Of a stretch of 64,000 nt of DNA, positions 33,506 to 45,600 are shown one piece after another. How positions within the stretch are numbered: the first letter of the stretch is position 1; every line of letters starts with the position of its first letter. The stretch is taken from contig CATNEN010000041.1 in NCBI GenBank assembly GCA_950097015.1, positions 2,604,001 to 2,668,000 on the forward strand, written 5' to 3'. Source of the stretch: Macrostomum hystrix (taxonomy: Eukaryota > Animalia > Platyhelminthes). A program made the position numbers and the translations under genes. The notes under the pieces were generated by a model, which did no database searches, was not told where the DNA came from, and worked only from the letters and a program-made list of their open reading frames with translations.

Positions 33506-34785
33506 TTATATTGATCATTCCCGAATGCAACAGGCACGACCCCCCACAGACGTGTCTGAGCTGTTTAAAAATTGCCTCGTCTCTCTGAGACAGAGAGACA
33601 TCGTATTATTATCACTGAACTTTCGTCCCCCATCAGCCGCCCAGTGAATCATCAAAGGTTTGGCCTCGTCTTTGCCGATCATGCCGACAGAGCCGAGAGC
33701 CGCAGCTCGGAGTCTCATTGTTTGTGCATAACATAGGAAGATCAAAGAGGGGACAATGCCGAGCTGGAGAATACACAAATTTGTGTGAGAAGCCAAGCAG
33801 ACAATTGTCAAAAAGAGGGTTCGGAGGGCGCTAATGCTCACTGTTACGTGGGCGGCGGAGCTCAGTAAATAACTTTGAAGTCTCAATTTGAATGTCAGGC
33901 CGAAAGCAATACCGAGGCCAAGCAGAAGAATTCAATATCTGATGCTGCATTGTACTGCACCGAGATGACTCCAGGGGCATTTTATTATTCAAGCTAGTAC
34001 TAAAATGATCAGGTAAACAATCTCATTTTAAATGCTATTCTCAGTCACAGAGGATAACGTGAGTTCGGAGCACGAGAAAGTTAGGAGACAACAGAAGTTG
34101 GAGAAACAGAGAAATCGCGCGAACTCACACACGCCTAATCCCTAAATATTCCGTTTGTCTGAACTGGGAAGACAAGAGCGGAAGGGATGCTTGAATGCCT
34201 GGTGAGGCAGCGGAGCAGGGACAGAAATTTTAGACTCTGACATGCCAATGAAAGAACAAGAAAAAGGAAAAAGGCAGCAGCGGTGCAGCCGGTAAACTGA
34301 CGGATTTCAACCAGACAGGGGCGACAGCCTCGATGTTGCCGATTCCCGCTTATATTTTCTGTCATCAAAATGAGGCCAACTGCAGACTGAGCGAATAATG
34401 AGAATAAGTTGGAACCATTGTACATGACAGTTTGCTTCTCATATTTCTATCGAGGGCTGCGTACGGAGATACGGTAACAGAAGGGAGAACTGCAGTAGAG
34501 AACTGGGCGGGGCAAACAGAGATGACTTGCTGTATTATTCTATCTAAATTAGTGACAATTCTATAACTCTTGCGCAACTAATAGGAAATAGATCAGATTT
34601 TGCGACAGCTACTACTAGTTAGTAGAGAGGATGCTAAACTATGCAGGACTTTTTCAAGATCTTGTGCTATTACAGTAGGGCTAGCGGTATGTTTTAGTGT
34701 TCAAATCAAAGTCAACTGGGTGGGATCAGGACCCGTAGGCGGAATTCGGTGTCCTGTGCCTCCACCTGAGCCGATGATAGCGGCC

Positions 34786-35022
34786 TCACTTGAGTCGGCC
34801 AGCGAAGGCGTCATTGTCAACGCGCTCCTGCCAGCGCTCGTGCCACTCGTTCGGGCAGATCTTCTTGTAGACCCACTGGAACCAGGCGCACGGCTTGTGG
34901 TCCTCGCCGAACTTGTTCACGCAGCGGTGATAGTCCACGAAGTTCTGCCAGCACTGCTTGGTCTTGTTCATGTTGGGAAAGCGTGGGTCATATGGCGGCG
35001 CAGTCAGCTTGCCCGTGATTGG
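34786..35022 (-). CDS. COX6B: Cytochrome c oxidase subunit 6B, main exon; candidate first coding exon at 37308-37249
   Basis: TAPPYDPRFPNMNKTKQCWQNFVDYHRC...C..FQWVYKKICPNEWHERWQERVDNDAFAGRL, with the twin Cx9C/Cx10C spacing of COX6B. Acceptor ccaaccag at 35024-35023. Confidence 0.92.
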   Translation of the reverse strand, partial: PITGKLTAPPYDPRFPNMNKTKQCWQNFVDYHRCVNKFGEDHKPCAWFQWVYKKICPNEWHERWQERVDNDAFAGRLK

Positions 35023-38000
35023 CTGGTTGGAGGACAGGTGGTTGGGTCAAATGTATAAGATTTTCGCTTTACTTTAACTTATATAACTTAAGCAACCTTA
35101 TTTAAACTCTAGAATGTCCTAAAGTGAGATTTTGAGAACGCTCAAAACGCTCATAATTTGTGTCTCAAAATGAATGTCAAAATGCTTTCTGAATGCAACA
35201 GAACAAAGCATCTGTAATGACAGTGAAAAGTGACAAATTCGACAACTATTTTGAATTGTCTATTATATTTTTCTCTAATCTTATTATACATTGAGAAAAA
35301 ATCTTGATTGGTATTATAAATTTCTAGAAAATCAAGCAAAAATTATTTTTACCTTATGAAATATTAATTAGACACAAAACAATAATAAATATGTCTCACT
35401 TTCTATCCAAATGATTCTAAAGTAAAGAAGTATTTTTGCTCAATTTTCTAAAAATTGACATTATTAAAGGTTTTTCTTAATTTTATACAAATATATAAGT
35501 TATTGGCATACAAAATAGTTGCTACTTTCATACATTTGGTTCACTATCCTTAAATTATATGATTTACCCATTCCTGGATTTAAATAGCTCAAAGTCTTAG
35601 CTTTTTTTTAATTATTAGTGTTTTTTTATTATTTCAAATTGTTAGCTTCTGCCCTGTATTCATTAATGCATTTGTTATAGCATGATTCATATTATGGTGG
35701 TAGAGTACGCCATTTATCTAACATATAGATCTTAGATATAGATTATATACAAATGACAAAGTATTATAGCCACACTGTGCACCTAAAGTTCTGGCATTAT
35801 GGGAATAACCCACCATGCCTCTTAGTACTAGGCCTATGCTAATCAGTTAATTAATAGAGCTTATAGGTTTAATAATAGTTATAGACTGTAGCTTATTTAA
35901 CTATGTTGATTAAGTTAAATTATTTGTTTATTTCAATTTAAGCTATGTAGTTCTTGAGATATAAATTCCTATATTTTATTATTGCTATCACTTTTGGGCT
36001 TATAACTCATTACTATTTTTGTTATTTTTTTTGCTATGTTACTTTTCCTATTATAAATTTTCCTATTATAGGCTTGTATAAAAAAATTATGATAAGTAGT
36101 TACCAAGTGTACATTTCTTGTTACCTAATCTGTTAAATTGCTGATTTTATTTTACTGGCTCAAGTATAGTCAAAGTTAAACACTTTACAACCATTAAATT
36201 TAATTTCTTTGTTTCAAATTGTTAATATATAGCATTCATTTTGATTTTAGTTTTTCTGTCTTTGACTTTGTTGCAATCTATAATTTTGCTAAATATTCAT
36301 TGGTCAATCTAATTGGTCATGACTGACTATGGTCTTACTTTAATATGCAGACAATACAATAATATAATATTATCAACCACCAATATTATCAATCTAATCT
36401 ACAATCTTCATGTGATCTCATGGCTACTAAACCAAAGCCCAAAATGGGCAAGATAAGTCAGTGATAGGGCCTAATGATAACAAGTCAAAAAAGTGGATGA
36501 TGTTGGAATTTAAAACACTATGTGTTGTATCGTGACTTGACTTGAAGTGCGCAGTGTGGGGCTGCACCCCAATTGTTATTGGTGCTGAGTTTAGGACTGC
36601 TTGCTCTCTCCCCGCCTGCTCTGTCTGTCAATGTACACTTATGCCTAACCGTCTAATCCATTAGCTGATGCTTTACTCGTATCTGCATGTACATCTATGT
36701 GCAATGCCAACTATAATAAATAACAACCTCTCGCCCATTTGCGGCTCAAGTTTGGCTAGCCAGCCACGACACGACACTATGATATTGAGTAATTACTGAT
36801 AAACAAAGCTACATGTTTTTCAAAATGCTTACAAAAATATCTGAATTATGGTAAAAAGAAAAAACTAAAAGTAACTATTAGGCCTAAAAAACAACTAACT
36901 AAACAGTTTTTGGTACCTAATTTGTTTTTGCAAAATAGTCAGTAACAGTTGTTACCATGATTGACATTACTGTTTGGTAGCACACTAATTATTATGGGCA
37001 GAGCTAGAGAATTGTTCTTTTCCTATTTTACAAATCCCTGGTTTAGTTTAAGGTATATCATAATAAACGCTTCTTTTTGATAAATAGTTTAAAATATTTA
37101 TTTAATTTAAAAAGTTTACAATCCCATATAAGATGAGCAAAGCATGAAACTGTCATCAAATTGACCCTGTATGTCTAGCTCTATAGCTCTATACTGCAAC
37201 CCTATGGTGCAGTACACAGTAGCTAACAACCCAAAATCAAATACTTACATCTGTTACATTTGGCAGCTTCGATGCGGTCTCAACAGGAGCCTCGAAATCA
37301 TGCTGCATGTACAAGTAATGACTAAACAGAGGCATTTTTGTTTGTTTTTGTATACGATAATTATTATAACTTCACTTACGAACTGTTGAGGAAAGAATTA
37401 GATCAGATTATAATAATTATTTGAAGTACAAAGTTTTTTAATTTAGAAAAGTAGTAAAATTAAAAAAATTAGAAAAGGATATATAAAGAGTTTAAGTTAG
37501 TACTGCTACACTATGATTTTGCAGACATAATTACAGATAGAGAAAGTATAGTTTACTTTGTTTTAACTTACCTTTGCACTTCGTAACTTGCAGTTTCAGG
37601 ATGCGGTGTGACGATCGCCTGATCCTTATCACAGTATCATCTACTTCAAAGGTTAACAACAAGGATCACTAGGAGTAGAATTGTAATTGTAGAATTCTAA
37701 TCTTAGTGTCCTTGGTTAACAATTGCTTGAATGTAATAAAACATTTTACTTAACCCAACTAATAATAAAAAAATCCAAATTGTGTCTTGAAAAAACGCTG
37801 TGACTGGATGATGACGTTTTTTGGTGCGTCGATCGTCTTTAAGCTTGAGCTTGATTACTTCAAGAAATCAAAAGAAAGTTACAATATTTTCATCACGGCT
37901 TGTCTCTGCTGTATCTTAAAGCTTTAGACAGTTACTTGACCATATTGCATGCTATAATTGATTCTCGTGTGCAAACATAGCTAACTCGATGCACTTACTA

Positions 38001-39046
38001 TAATGTATAGCTGTATCCTGTATGGTATAATGCGGTGATACGAGCTAAGTATATACATGCATGTAGATAACATACATTTATAATAATAGAACTTGCACAC
38101 AGTTCTGTGTTGATCCAACATATTCCCACCGGAGTTCGATAAATGCGTGTCAAGTAAAGTGGAAATGTTGCTCCAATTGTTTAGTAAAATCGCTGCCAGT
38201 CGGTCAATAGATGTGGAAAAAGCTGAGTTGCATATGCATGTCGCATTAATTTCTCTCGAGCAAGTGTAGAGAGGTGGGAGATAAAGTACGAAAAATTTCC
38301 GTAGGAAATTACAAAACTCCCTGTTATTTGTGCAGGCGGCAAACCTAGTTTGCATATCTGCAGATGAAGTAGATTTAGCTCGCTATGCAACCAGTCTCCC
38401 ATGCCCAGTCCCAATCCCGATACTGATCCTTCTGCAGGAGGTTTCAGAGTTACAATTTTGCAAAATAAAAAAAAATACGAGGAAAAAGCACCGTGACCAC
38501 AAAATCTGATCTAAGCAATAATGAAAAAGGAAGAAACCATTTCAGGCCATCCTACAAAATTTGGCTCTGCTTCACTGGATAATGTAATTGGCTGGGATCT
38601 GCCAATGAAAGAGCTAAAGCATCTGCATCCAGAAGATCAGCATTAGAAATATCAATTCGAAAACTGAATACAAGGATAGAATTTAGTCGAATAAAAAATG
38701 TAATATTTTGTTGAATCTGTCATCATCAGCCGCATAGGCTTGGATGTGAGAAAGATTGTGGAACCTTGGAACAGATAGAATAGAATATATTAGAATGAAT
38801 AACAGTAGTAGCCATTGTAGCAGGCTCTAATGACGCAGAACTAACTACGATAGTATTGAATGAAAATAGGGGTATAACAGGTGAAAATAAAACAGTGACC
38901 AATCAATCGTGCTCATATAAAAATAGCTCAGATCCATAAACACCGCTTGGGCCAAAATAGATCGTATTTTCCAAGAATCTCAACGGAAGGCTGCAGTAGC
39001 CGAGAGGAAGTTTGAAAATGTGCACGATTTGCTGGCCCGCCGAGTG

Positions 39047-39415
39047 GGGGTCGGTGGCAGAGCGGTTAACGCGTTTGCCTCTCGCACCACGGTCCCTAAG
39101 TTCGATTCCGCGGCGAGGCTACATTCATTTGCGGCGCAGCCACGGAGAAAACGCGTGGGGGCTTGTCGTGCCAAGCCGCGCCCAAGAGGGCCAACCTCCA
39201 AGGCACAGTGGCAGTGTACACTGCCTGACGATGAGAAAGTCAGGGCAGATGTACACAGCTGTGTGAGCGAGCGCCTGTGTATGGTATCTGTGTGCGTGTG
39301 TGCTCAGGAGTCAGCGAAATGGGCAGAATTGCCTCCTTGCTGGTTGCGGGTCTAGAGTCACCAAATGATGTGCCATTGCCCGCAGCCCTCCTGCAATTAT
39401 TATATTATTATTATA
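39047..39415 (+). mobile_element. tRNA-derived SINE, family A, full length with 14-bp target site duplication
   Basis: A box tggcagagcgg, B box gttcgattcc, (att)n tail; tggcccgccgagtg at 39033-39046 and 39416-39429. Confidence 0.9.
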
Positions 39416-39614
39416 TGGCCCGCCGAGTGCTTGAGGAGCTAGGGAGAAAATTAGCATTTTTTCGGGTGATAGTACGAGCAAATAATGGCAAGCAGAACAT
39501 TGTCCCAAAAACAGTCGCATGCGCACAGCCAGGTCAGCAGGCACTGTTCAAAAATGTTCAAAAATCTCATGAGAGCTTAAACATTAGCGGAAGCCAAAGT
39601 ATCCGGCAAATCCG

Positions 39615-42600
39615 TCAGGCGGACCAGGCTTCCAGGCAGAGGGCCCGCCACACCTGGCCGGCATGCGAGCACAGCAGGTCTGGCCTGCTGGCGAATGCCT
39701 CGGCAAGCAGGTGGGGCGCGGCCACCTCCAGCGGGGGCGATGTTGTTGGCGGCGGAGGCTGCAGGTATTCCGCTGCTTCGGCCAGCGGCAGGCTGAGCAG
39801 CCGGGACTCCGAGGTGGTGCCGGCAGCGGACAGCCAAAGCACCACCAGCTGGTGCAGTGCGCGCATCAGCGGCAGCCGGCGCGCGCGGAAGGCTTCGCCG
39901 AGTTTCAAGGGAGAATCGGAGGCCTCTACAGCGGCGCCGGGGAAATTTTCAGAGGGCCGCAGGCCTTCGTTGGTCACGACGGTCCAGCGGCGCAGGTCGG
40001 CTGCAAGCCACAGCCGGGCGAGGCCGGCAGGGGAGGCTGCAGCGGCCTCCAGCAGCGACTCGTCGGCGGGCAGGGCGGCTTCCAGCAGGCGCAGCAGCGG
40101 CTCGCGACCTCCTGCCGCCGCCAGGCGAGCCGCAGCCGGCAGCTGCTGATCGGCCAGCTTCGTCAGCGTGGGCAGGTCAGACGGCAGGTGGTCATCGGCG
40201 TCCGCCCAGCGAGCGAGCAGCCGCCGCTGCTCTTCAGTGCCTGTGAACTCCGAGGTTGTCAGCAGCAGCAGCATCATAGCGCCGACGGAGTTGCTGCCGG
40301 CAGCTGAAATGGAAGTCAGAGCGGACAGGCGGCCGAGGCCGGGACGCAGGCGGGGCCGAGAGTGCAGCCGGGCGTCAGAGAGCAGCCGCTCCAGCGCCTG
40401 CACGTCCAGCTTGGCATCGATGGAGCCGCCGCCACCACCGCTGAGGGCGTAGGAGCGGCAGCGCAGGATGAGCGGCGGCAGGTCACGCTCCAGCCGTAGG
40501 TCGATGACATCGCCTGGCCCAGCGTCCACAGCGAAGGTTGGCTCAGGGTCGGTGACGGGGCGTGGTAGGAGCTGCTGGCAGGCGTCGAGCAGCCGGTTCT
40601 GAGCCTCGCAGAGGATGCGCAGGAGGCCCTGCAAAATGGAACCCGGGCGGGGCAGAGCAGCCCAGGCCGGCAGCTGCTTGGCTGGCGTTGAAACCAGTCG
40701 CGGGTCCAGGCCGTCCTGCTCCGGCACCAGGAGGTGCTCAAGGTCCTTCCATGCCATCTGCAGATGCTCGATGGCCCCTGCAAGCTCCGGTCGCTGCTTC
40801 GCCAGGCGTGTCAGGAACAGCGGCTGGTGCTGAGTCGAGCTGCCTGCAGCAGCAGCATTCTGATGCGGCCTGCTGGCCATCAGAACAGCATCGGCGACCA
40901 CGGCGGGGTCGGCTGCCAGCTTCTCAGCCAGGTGCATCAGGTCGGGAAGGCGGGGCAGGTGAAGCAGCGCTGGCCGGGCTTCAAGGGCGACTCGGACCAG
41001 GCCACCTGGCGGGCAAAGCGCGGCCGCTCGCTCAACTGTCAGCGGCTCGCGCCAGCGCCAAAGCACTTCGGCGGGGTCGGCTGGCGTAGCGGAGTAATCC
41101 GCGCCGAAGGCGATCGCCAAGAGGCCGCTGACGACACCGACAGAGTCGTCGGCCACAAAGCGGCTGGCCTGGGCCAGAGGCACCTCGGCTTCCGTCTCCA
41201 GGCGACCCTGCGGAAGGCGCAAGCTGTCAATAACAGCACTCCGTACAGCATCATGGGTTCGGGATAGGGATCGGAATGCAATGGAAATAGGATATCGAAT
41301 CAGAATTGCTGGCAAAGTAGGAGCAGAAATTCATAAGGTAGCGACTATTTAGCCAGGAAACTCACTGCCTATCTAATTGCCTCACTCCCCGGGTAGCAGC
41401 CATGCATGGATGTTAAGGGATTGGGACAATGGGATCTGGCTATTAATAGATCGATAATCGGAGTTATAGCAATGGGATAATGAGGTCAGAACTAATTGGA
41501 AATGGGATCATAATGTTAGTCATTAATTCAGATGGGAGCTGCAAGCGGCAGAAGTGCCCCACCCACCTGCATCATTAGGCTGGAAGCCAGGAGCCGCTGC
41601 TCCAGCCTCTGGCGACCCGCCTGCTCGGCGAGCTCCTCCCAGTCGTTGTCAATGACGCCGGCGCCTTCTGCATCCGCAGCCAGCCGAGTCAGCAGGATGT
41701 GAACCAGCTGGCTGGCCGCCTCCGAGCTGCGGCCGAGCCGCCTGGCCAGCCGCGCCAGGTCTGCGGCAAGCTGGTCCGGCCCGGGCGAGCCCAGGCGGGC
41801 GCCACCGGACAGCAGGAACAGGCCCTGCAAGCAGGTTGACGCAGCGACAATATTGAAGCAGCTAAAAACGACATGTCTAGGAGGTGAGTGGCAGAGCAGT
41901 TAACGCGTTTGCCTCTCGCACCGCGGTCCCTAAGTTCGATTCCACGGTGCATTCATTTGGGGCGCAGCCGCGAAGAGAATGCGTGGTGGCTTGTCGTGTC
42001 AAGACGCGCCCAAGAGGGCCAACCTGCTTGACGATGAGAAAGTCAGGGCAGATGTACACACCTGTGTGAGCGTATGCCTGCGTACAGTATCTGTGTGTGT
42101 GTGCTCAGGAGTCAGCGAAATGGGCAGAATTGCCTCCTCGCTGGCTGCGGGTCTAAAGTCACCAAATGAGGCCCGCAGCCCTCCTGCAATTATTATATTA
42201 TTATTATTCTGATAACGGCATGTCGATTCCAAATGATTCCGCCTTTTCCAAAACTCCCAAGGCCAAAAAACAGAAAACGAGCTCACCTGGAGCAGCCGCA
42301 CGGCAGCCACGCAGCTGTCCGGCAAGCTTCGCCAGCCACCGCCGCCACCGCCTGGCTCCTCCAGGAAGCCCCGCCTGGACTGATCCGGCCGGTCCGGGTG
42401 CGCCACATTGCCTTGGACAAGCACGTGCATGCTCTGGCCTCCAATGGGGGCTTTGCACACGTTGCAGGAGCCTCGCTCGTTCGGCCTGCCGCACTGCACA
42501 GGGGGGAGCGAACTCTGAGCAAGCCAAATATTTATAAGTCGGTCAGAAAAAAGCTAACTTACGTCACCAATTACGTAGGGGTGACCATTGGGGCACACTG

Positions 42601-45600
42601 GAATAAGGAATGGGAGAGGGCTCGAATGACAAATGACAGTCAATGCTATCAGACAGCAGCTCGCTACTCACAGTAGAGAGTAACATTTTCTATGGCCAAG
42701 TTGGCTTGCGCTCGCATGTTCCGCACAGCCTCGAACACCAGGTCATGCGGCATGCCAGGCAGGAACCAGGCGGGCGCCTTGTACGGGAGCTGCCTGAAGA
42801 AATCCATCAGGCTGGACTGGCCGGGCCGGGCGGTGGCAGCCAGGTAGGCCGCGTGCAATAGCAGGGAGCGCAGCTGGTGCTGGAGCTCCGGCGGGTGGCC
42901 CGGCGTCTCCAACTCCAGCAGCTGCAGCAGCCGCTGGCCAAACTAATGGGGAGAAGGCGGCAGCTGCTGTTAGTACGGAGCAGCGGAGCTCGGATAACAA
43001 TGAGGCTTACCGAACAATCCAGGACTTCCGGCAGCAGCTGTGAAACAAACAATGCGGGCTCCACGTCTCCAAGGTTGGCAGGTCGCGGCTCCATGGCCTG
43101 CAGTTGGTGGACAACCGCGGCTGCGACCAGGCTCAGCAGGTGGGCTTCGCAATCAGGCGGCTGAAATGACTTGGGCTCCCAGTTACCTGCAGCCACAGCT
43201 CACCTAGCTCCCAGTTACCTGCAGCCACAGCTCACCTAGCTCCCAGTTACCAGTTACCTGCAGCCACAGCACACCTAGCTCCCAGTTACCTGCAGCCACA
43301 GCTCACCTAGCTCCCAGTTACCAGTTACCTGCAGCCACAGCTCACCTAGCTCCCAGTTACCTGCAGCCACAGCTCACCTAGCTCCCAGTTACCTGCAGCC
43401 ACAGCTCACCTAGCTCCCAGTTAACTGCAGCCACAGCTCACCTAGCTCCCAGTTACCTGCAGCCACAGCTCACCTAGCTCCCAGTTAACTGCAGCCACAG
43501 CTCACCTAGCTCCCAGTTAACTGCAGCCACAGCTCACCTAGCTCCCAGTTACCTGCAGCCACAGCTCACCTAGCTCCCAGTTAACTGCAGCCACAGCTCA
43601 CCTAGCTCCCAGTTACCTGCAGCCACAGCTCACCTGGTCTCCAATGCCCAGCACAAGCTGCCAGACGGCCTCCCTGGCCGCCCTAAACTCCTTCGAATGG
43701 CAAAGCAGCAGCTCGGGCTGGCTGCACCTTCCACCGCCACTGTCAAAATCGATATCGTCACCGATGTCACCGCCTCCAATCTTGAGGTCGTCGCCGAAGA
43801 CATCGGCGAGCCAACGATGCTGCCGCAGCAGTCGCACGGCTCCACCGCCGCCCAGGCGACTTGCTAGACAGCGCAGCAGGAAGACACGGCCTCGCCGACC
43901 ATCTTTCAGTGCTTTGGCAGCCACCGCTGCCTGGCGGTCTCTCTTGTCGCCGGTCAGCAGCTGCTCATCTGCTGACAGTGCGTCAGCCAGGGTCAGCAGA
44001 GCCGCCCGGCCGGTGGCCAGCGCGGCGAGATCGTCCAGATTGTCCGGCCTCGGCTGCTCAGCGAGAACGAGCTGCAGGTCGCCGAGCGCCATCTTCAGCC
44101 GGGTGTCCAGGCGCTCCTGGCTGACCAGCTTGGCTAGGTGAAGATCCTCCAGGCAGTTACAGACAATGCAGGCAAGGTCCACGGCAGCGTTGGCGCCGAG
44201 AATTCCGCGGGCACTGGCCAGATGCTCCGTGAGCTGCTGCTCAACAGAGTCCTTGCTGTAGCGCAGCAGCTGCTGCAGGATGAAGGACCTGCAGGGTGAG
44301 GTGGGCGGGTTGCGAAAAGCAGGTAGCAATGGACTGCAGGGGATCCGGTATTCTCAATGAGACAAGGAATTCGTAGTTAGGAATTCCAGAACTGGCTAAT
44401 TTACCGCAGCCGCCGAAAACCCACCTGAACACAGGCGACGGGTCCCTGTTCTGTGTGAAGAAGGCGAACTCCTTGGTCTCGCTGGGGCCGTCACCGGCCC
44501 CACCGCCGCCATTGCAGGCGGTCACGTAGGCCACCAGGTGGCGGCAGAGCTCGGCGTCCGGTGGCTCCGGGCCGCCGCCGAAGGTCAGTCGGGCGACCGC
44601 CTCCATCATGAAGGCGTTGCAGCGGGCGCGGAAGGTGGCGCGGACGGCGCTGGTGCCGCTGGCGGCTGCTGCAGCTGCGCTAATGGCGCTTACTGACATC
44701 TGGCACAGCGGACAGCGCAGAATGCCACCTTCGCAATCTGCTTGCATGTCGTCAGTATGCTCATATTTCTCTTCTCCATCGCTCTCCTCAGCGTCCTCAG
44801 AGTCCGCAGCATCGTCTTCATCACTGGCAGCTTCCGATTCCTCGTCAGCCGGCTCGTCTGGCAGGTCGCTGCAGTCGCGGCAAAGGCGGTGGCCGCAGGT
44901 TAGCAGCAGGTGCAGCGGGCCGTTGCCATCGCCAGGCTCGGACTCCCCGCACACGCAGCAGACCAGAGTGCTAAAATGAATTTCAATTTTTTCTGATTGG
45001 CCGAGATTCTTGACGCAAAAGTGCAGATGGAATGCAAAGCTGGCTCACCTAGCAATGTCTGCGTCAGTACGGGTGAGGAAGGCCTCAATCAGGCGGATGG
45101 CAGTCACCTTTTTGAAGCTGGCCTGCGGATTCGTCACGAAGCTCTGGTCAAAGGCAAATGTGAACATCGGGTTAGCCGTGTCAAACTTTCCAAACTTCTC
45201 CAATCTGATTCCCAACAAGCCTATCTACTTTGCAAGTCTTAAGTCTACTTCCCATATCTTCACTTTGTACGTGTCCTAGCCCTGTCTAATGTCTTGTCTA
45301 ATGTCTTGTCTAATGTCTTGTCTAATGTCTTCTCCTCAAACTTAAGCCAACAGAATTTTAAGTGAACCTCCAGGTTGGGAATTCCAGGTCTTATCTTTAT
45401 AGTGGCTCAGCCTCTAAAGGGCAGGCCCGAACTCACATTCCACAGGCGCACAGGCTGGATGAGGCCGTCAGGGATGCTGGTCTCAGCGTCGAACGGCAGG
45501 GACACGGTGTCCAGGAACAGCTGCAGGCACTGAAGCCGCTGCCAGGCAGCCCGCGCTTCGGCAACCGCCTCCGCTGGCATCCCCAACTGCCCGAGGCGGG

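Noticed and set aside
37981-38420. Short ORFs on both strands in the intergenic region
   Set aside because: No recognisable domain and interrupted frames; possibly a transposon relic but unsupported.
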